Shown one piece after another: positions 16,433 through 17,170 of a DNA stretch of 17,170 nucleotides. This DNA is from a virus (lineage: Duplodnaviria; Heunggongvirae; Uroviricota; Caudoviricetes). The notes below the pieces were generated by a model. The model saw nothing but the letters and a program-made list of their open reading frames with translations. It was not told the origin of the DNA and ran no database searches. The translations under genes were made by a program, and so were the position numbers. The stretch is from positions 105,441 to 122,610 of IMG/VR virus record IMGVR_UViG_3300037245_003487. One strand, given 5' to 3'. The number at the start of each line of letters is the position of its first letter. The first letter of the stretch is position 1.

Positions 16433-16587
16433 GATGATGGTTTTTTAAACATCCTGTGCGTTGGTTCGAATCCAACATCTGCATCTGACAAGTGGATGAG
16501 TATATAATATGAATAAAACTCTCCAAGTGTTTGATGCGGATTAGCTCAGTGGCAGAGCAAGGATATTAGCAACAAAAACCAAAGATC
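16433..16587 (+). ncRNA. Circularly permuted tRNA-like RNA, unit A (3' half before 5' half)
   Basis: 3' half: ATCCT 16451-55, GTGC, T-arm GTTGG-TTCGAAT-CCAAC 16460-76, ATCTGCA 16477-83. 5' half: TGCGGAT 16535-41, TA, D-arm GCTC-AGTGGCA-GAGC 16544-58, A, AGGAT 16560-64. The acceptor (7 bp, one G.U) and anticodon (5 bp) stems pair only in the permuted order. Confidence 0.8.
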
Positions 16588-16609
16588 GAGTTATTAGATT
16601 TTAATACAA

Positions 16610-16680
16610 TACTAAAAGGTTCGACTCCTTTTGCTTCCAATTAAAAAACCAAGGGAGCAGCACAAATGGATGGTGCAGTA
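16610..16680 (+). ncRNA. Circularly permuted tRNA-like RNA, unit B (compact, alanine-type acceptor)
   Basis: T-arm AAAGG-TTCGACT-CCTTT 16615-31 and TGCTTCC-A 16632-39, a 13-nt linker, GGGAGCA 16653-59, D-like arm GCAC-AAATGGATG-GTGC 16660-76. AGTA 16677-80 can pair with TACT 16610-13. Confidence 0.65.
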
Positions 16681-16692
16681 CAAACAAACTTA

Positions 16693-16730
16693 GGGGGCTA
16701 TACAGGATACATGTGGCCCCCATTTTTATT
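16693..16730 (+). terminator. Intrinsic terminator closing the ORF plus RNA transcript
   Basis: GGGGGCTATA pairs with TGTGGCCCCC (10 bp including G.U) and is followed by ATTTTTATT. Confidence 0.7.
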
Positions 16731-16755
16731 TATTGTAAGTATTGTGTAAAAACAC

Positions 16756-16783
16756 TTTACTTTTAAATATAATTTGCTATTAT
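16756..16783 (+). promoter_or_regulatory. Possible sigma70-type promoter
   Basis: TTTACT, 16 nt, TATTAT with an extended TG. An AAGGAG RBS precedes the ATG at 16818. Confidence 0.45.
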
Positions 16784-16817
16784 TAGTTATAAAAATAAAC
16801 GAATAAAGGAGACTTAT

Positions 16818-16961
16818 ATGTCAATCAGTTTAATTTTAGTTGTAGTTTTAATTAGCTTTGTATGTTTTAAGGTTTTCCCAAAGATAACCCTTAAAAACAT
16901 CTTAAAACCTCTAAAAAGTGGCACTAAGAAAGTCAAGACTACATGGAATGAAATAGATTAA
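16818..16961 (+). CDS. Small single-pass membrane protein (47 aa; absent from the ORF track)
   Basis: Manual translation gives MSISLILVVVLISFVCFKVFPKITLKNILKPLKSGTKKVKTTWNEID. It has an AAGGAG RBS, a hydrophobic N-terminal helix followed by a basic tail, and a terminator right after the stop. Confidence 0.7.
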   Translation: MSISLILVVVLISFVCFKVFPKITLKNILKPLKSGTKKVKTTWNEID

Positions 16962-16986
16962 TGGGGTTCGTCCCCATTTTTCTTTT
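16960..16986 (+). terminator. Intrinsic terminator
   Basis: AATGGGG-TTCGT-CCCCATT followed by TTTCTTTT. Confidence 0.7.
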
Positions 16987-17000
16987 AAAAGGAGTAAGAA

Positions 17001-17170
17001 ATGAAAAGAATATTATTTTTAGTTTTAATTATTTTTATGTTTAGCTGTAGTTATGAAGGAAGAAAAATTAAATATAACAAGCCTATTTTATTAAAAGAAT
17101 TTATGTTAAAAAATAAACAGTATGAATATTTTATTAATGGTAAACAAATTAATGAATATAGTGAATTTGA
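17001..17170 (+). CDS. Putative lipoprotein, partial (runs off the right edge)
   Basis: AAGGAG RBS. MKRILFLVLIIFMFSC has a basic n-region, a hydrophobic h-region and a lipobox-like Cys16. The frame stays open to the window end. Confidence 0.65.
   Translation, partial: MKRILFLVLIIFMFSCSYEGRKIKYNKPILLKEFMLKNKQYEYFINGKQINEYSEF

Noticed and set aside
16444-16485. An attP-type 3' tRNA fragment for integration
   Set aside because: A matching 5' half with complementary acceptor and anticodon strands lies just downstream, the pattern occurs twice, and there is no integrase in the window. This cannot be fully excluded without the host genome.
16535-16639. An ordinary linear tRNA, possibly with an intron, made of the 5' half at 16535 and the T-arm at 16615
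   Set aside because: The acceptor strands TGCGGAT and TGCTTCC do not pair, and AGGAT has no partner there. Each half pairs well only with its permuted partner.
1-17170. Alternative genetic code (genome-wide TAG or TGA reassignment), CRISPR array, DGR or transposase
   Set aside because: Long conserved genes are intact in the standard code, and TAG, TGA and TAA all end genes at sensible places. No spaced direct repeats, reverse transcriptase or transposase motifs were seen.

Overview
AT-rich (roughly 30% GC by eye) tailed-phage DNA with two divergent arms. The minus strand (14464 down to 1) carries a DNA packaging and HK97-type head module, in this order: terminase small subunit, terminase large subunit, free-standing HNH endonuclease, seven probable virion accessory genes (partly paralogous, two with lectin-like domains), portal interrupted by a 155-aa mini-intein, two small ORFs, prohead protease, major capsid protein, a second HNH endonuclease, two probable head decoration proteins, a Lys-rich small protein and the start of a head-tail connector. 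The plus strand (14670 to the end) carries a GIY-YIG endonuclease, a 253-aa uncharacterised protein, a small membrane protein and the start of a lipoprotein. The most unusual feature is the ~400 nt non-coding tail of the 253-aa gene. It holds a 6-nt periodic tract and then two tandem circularly permuted tRNA-like structures, each with its T-arm/3' acceptor half upstream of its complementary 5' acceptor/D-arm half, closed by a terminator. The second structure has G1-C72, G2-C71, G3.U70 and A73, the alanine identity set. All structures were paired by hand, no searches were run, and family names come from recognised motifs.
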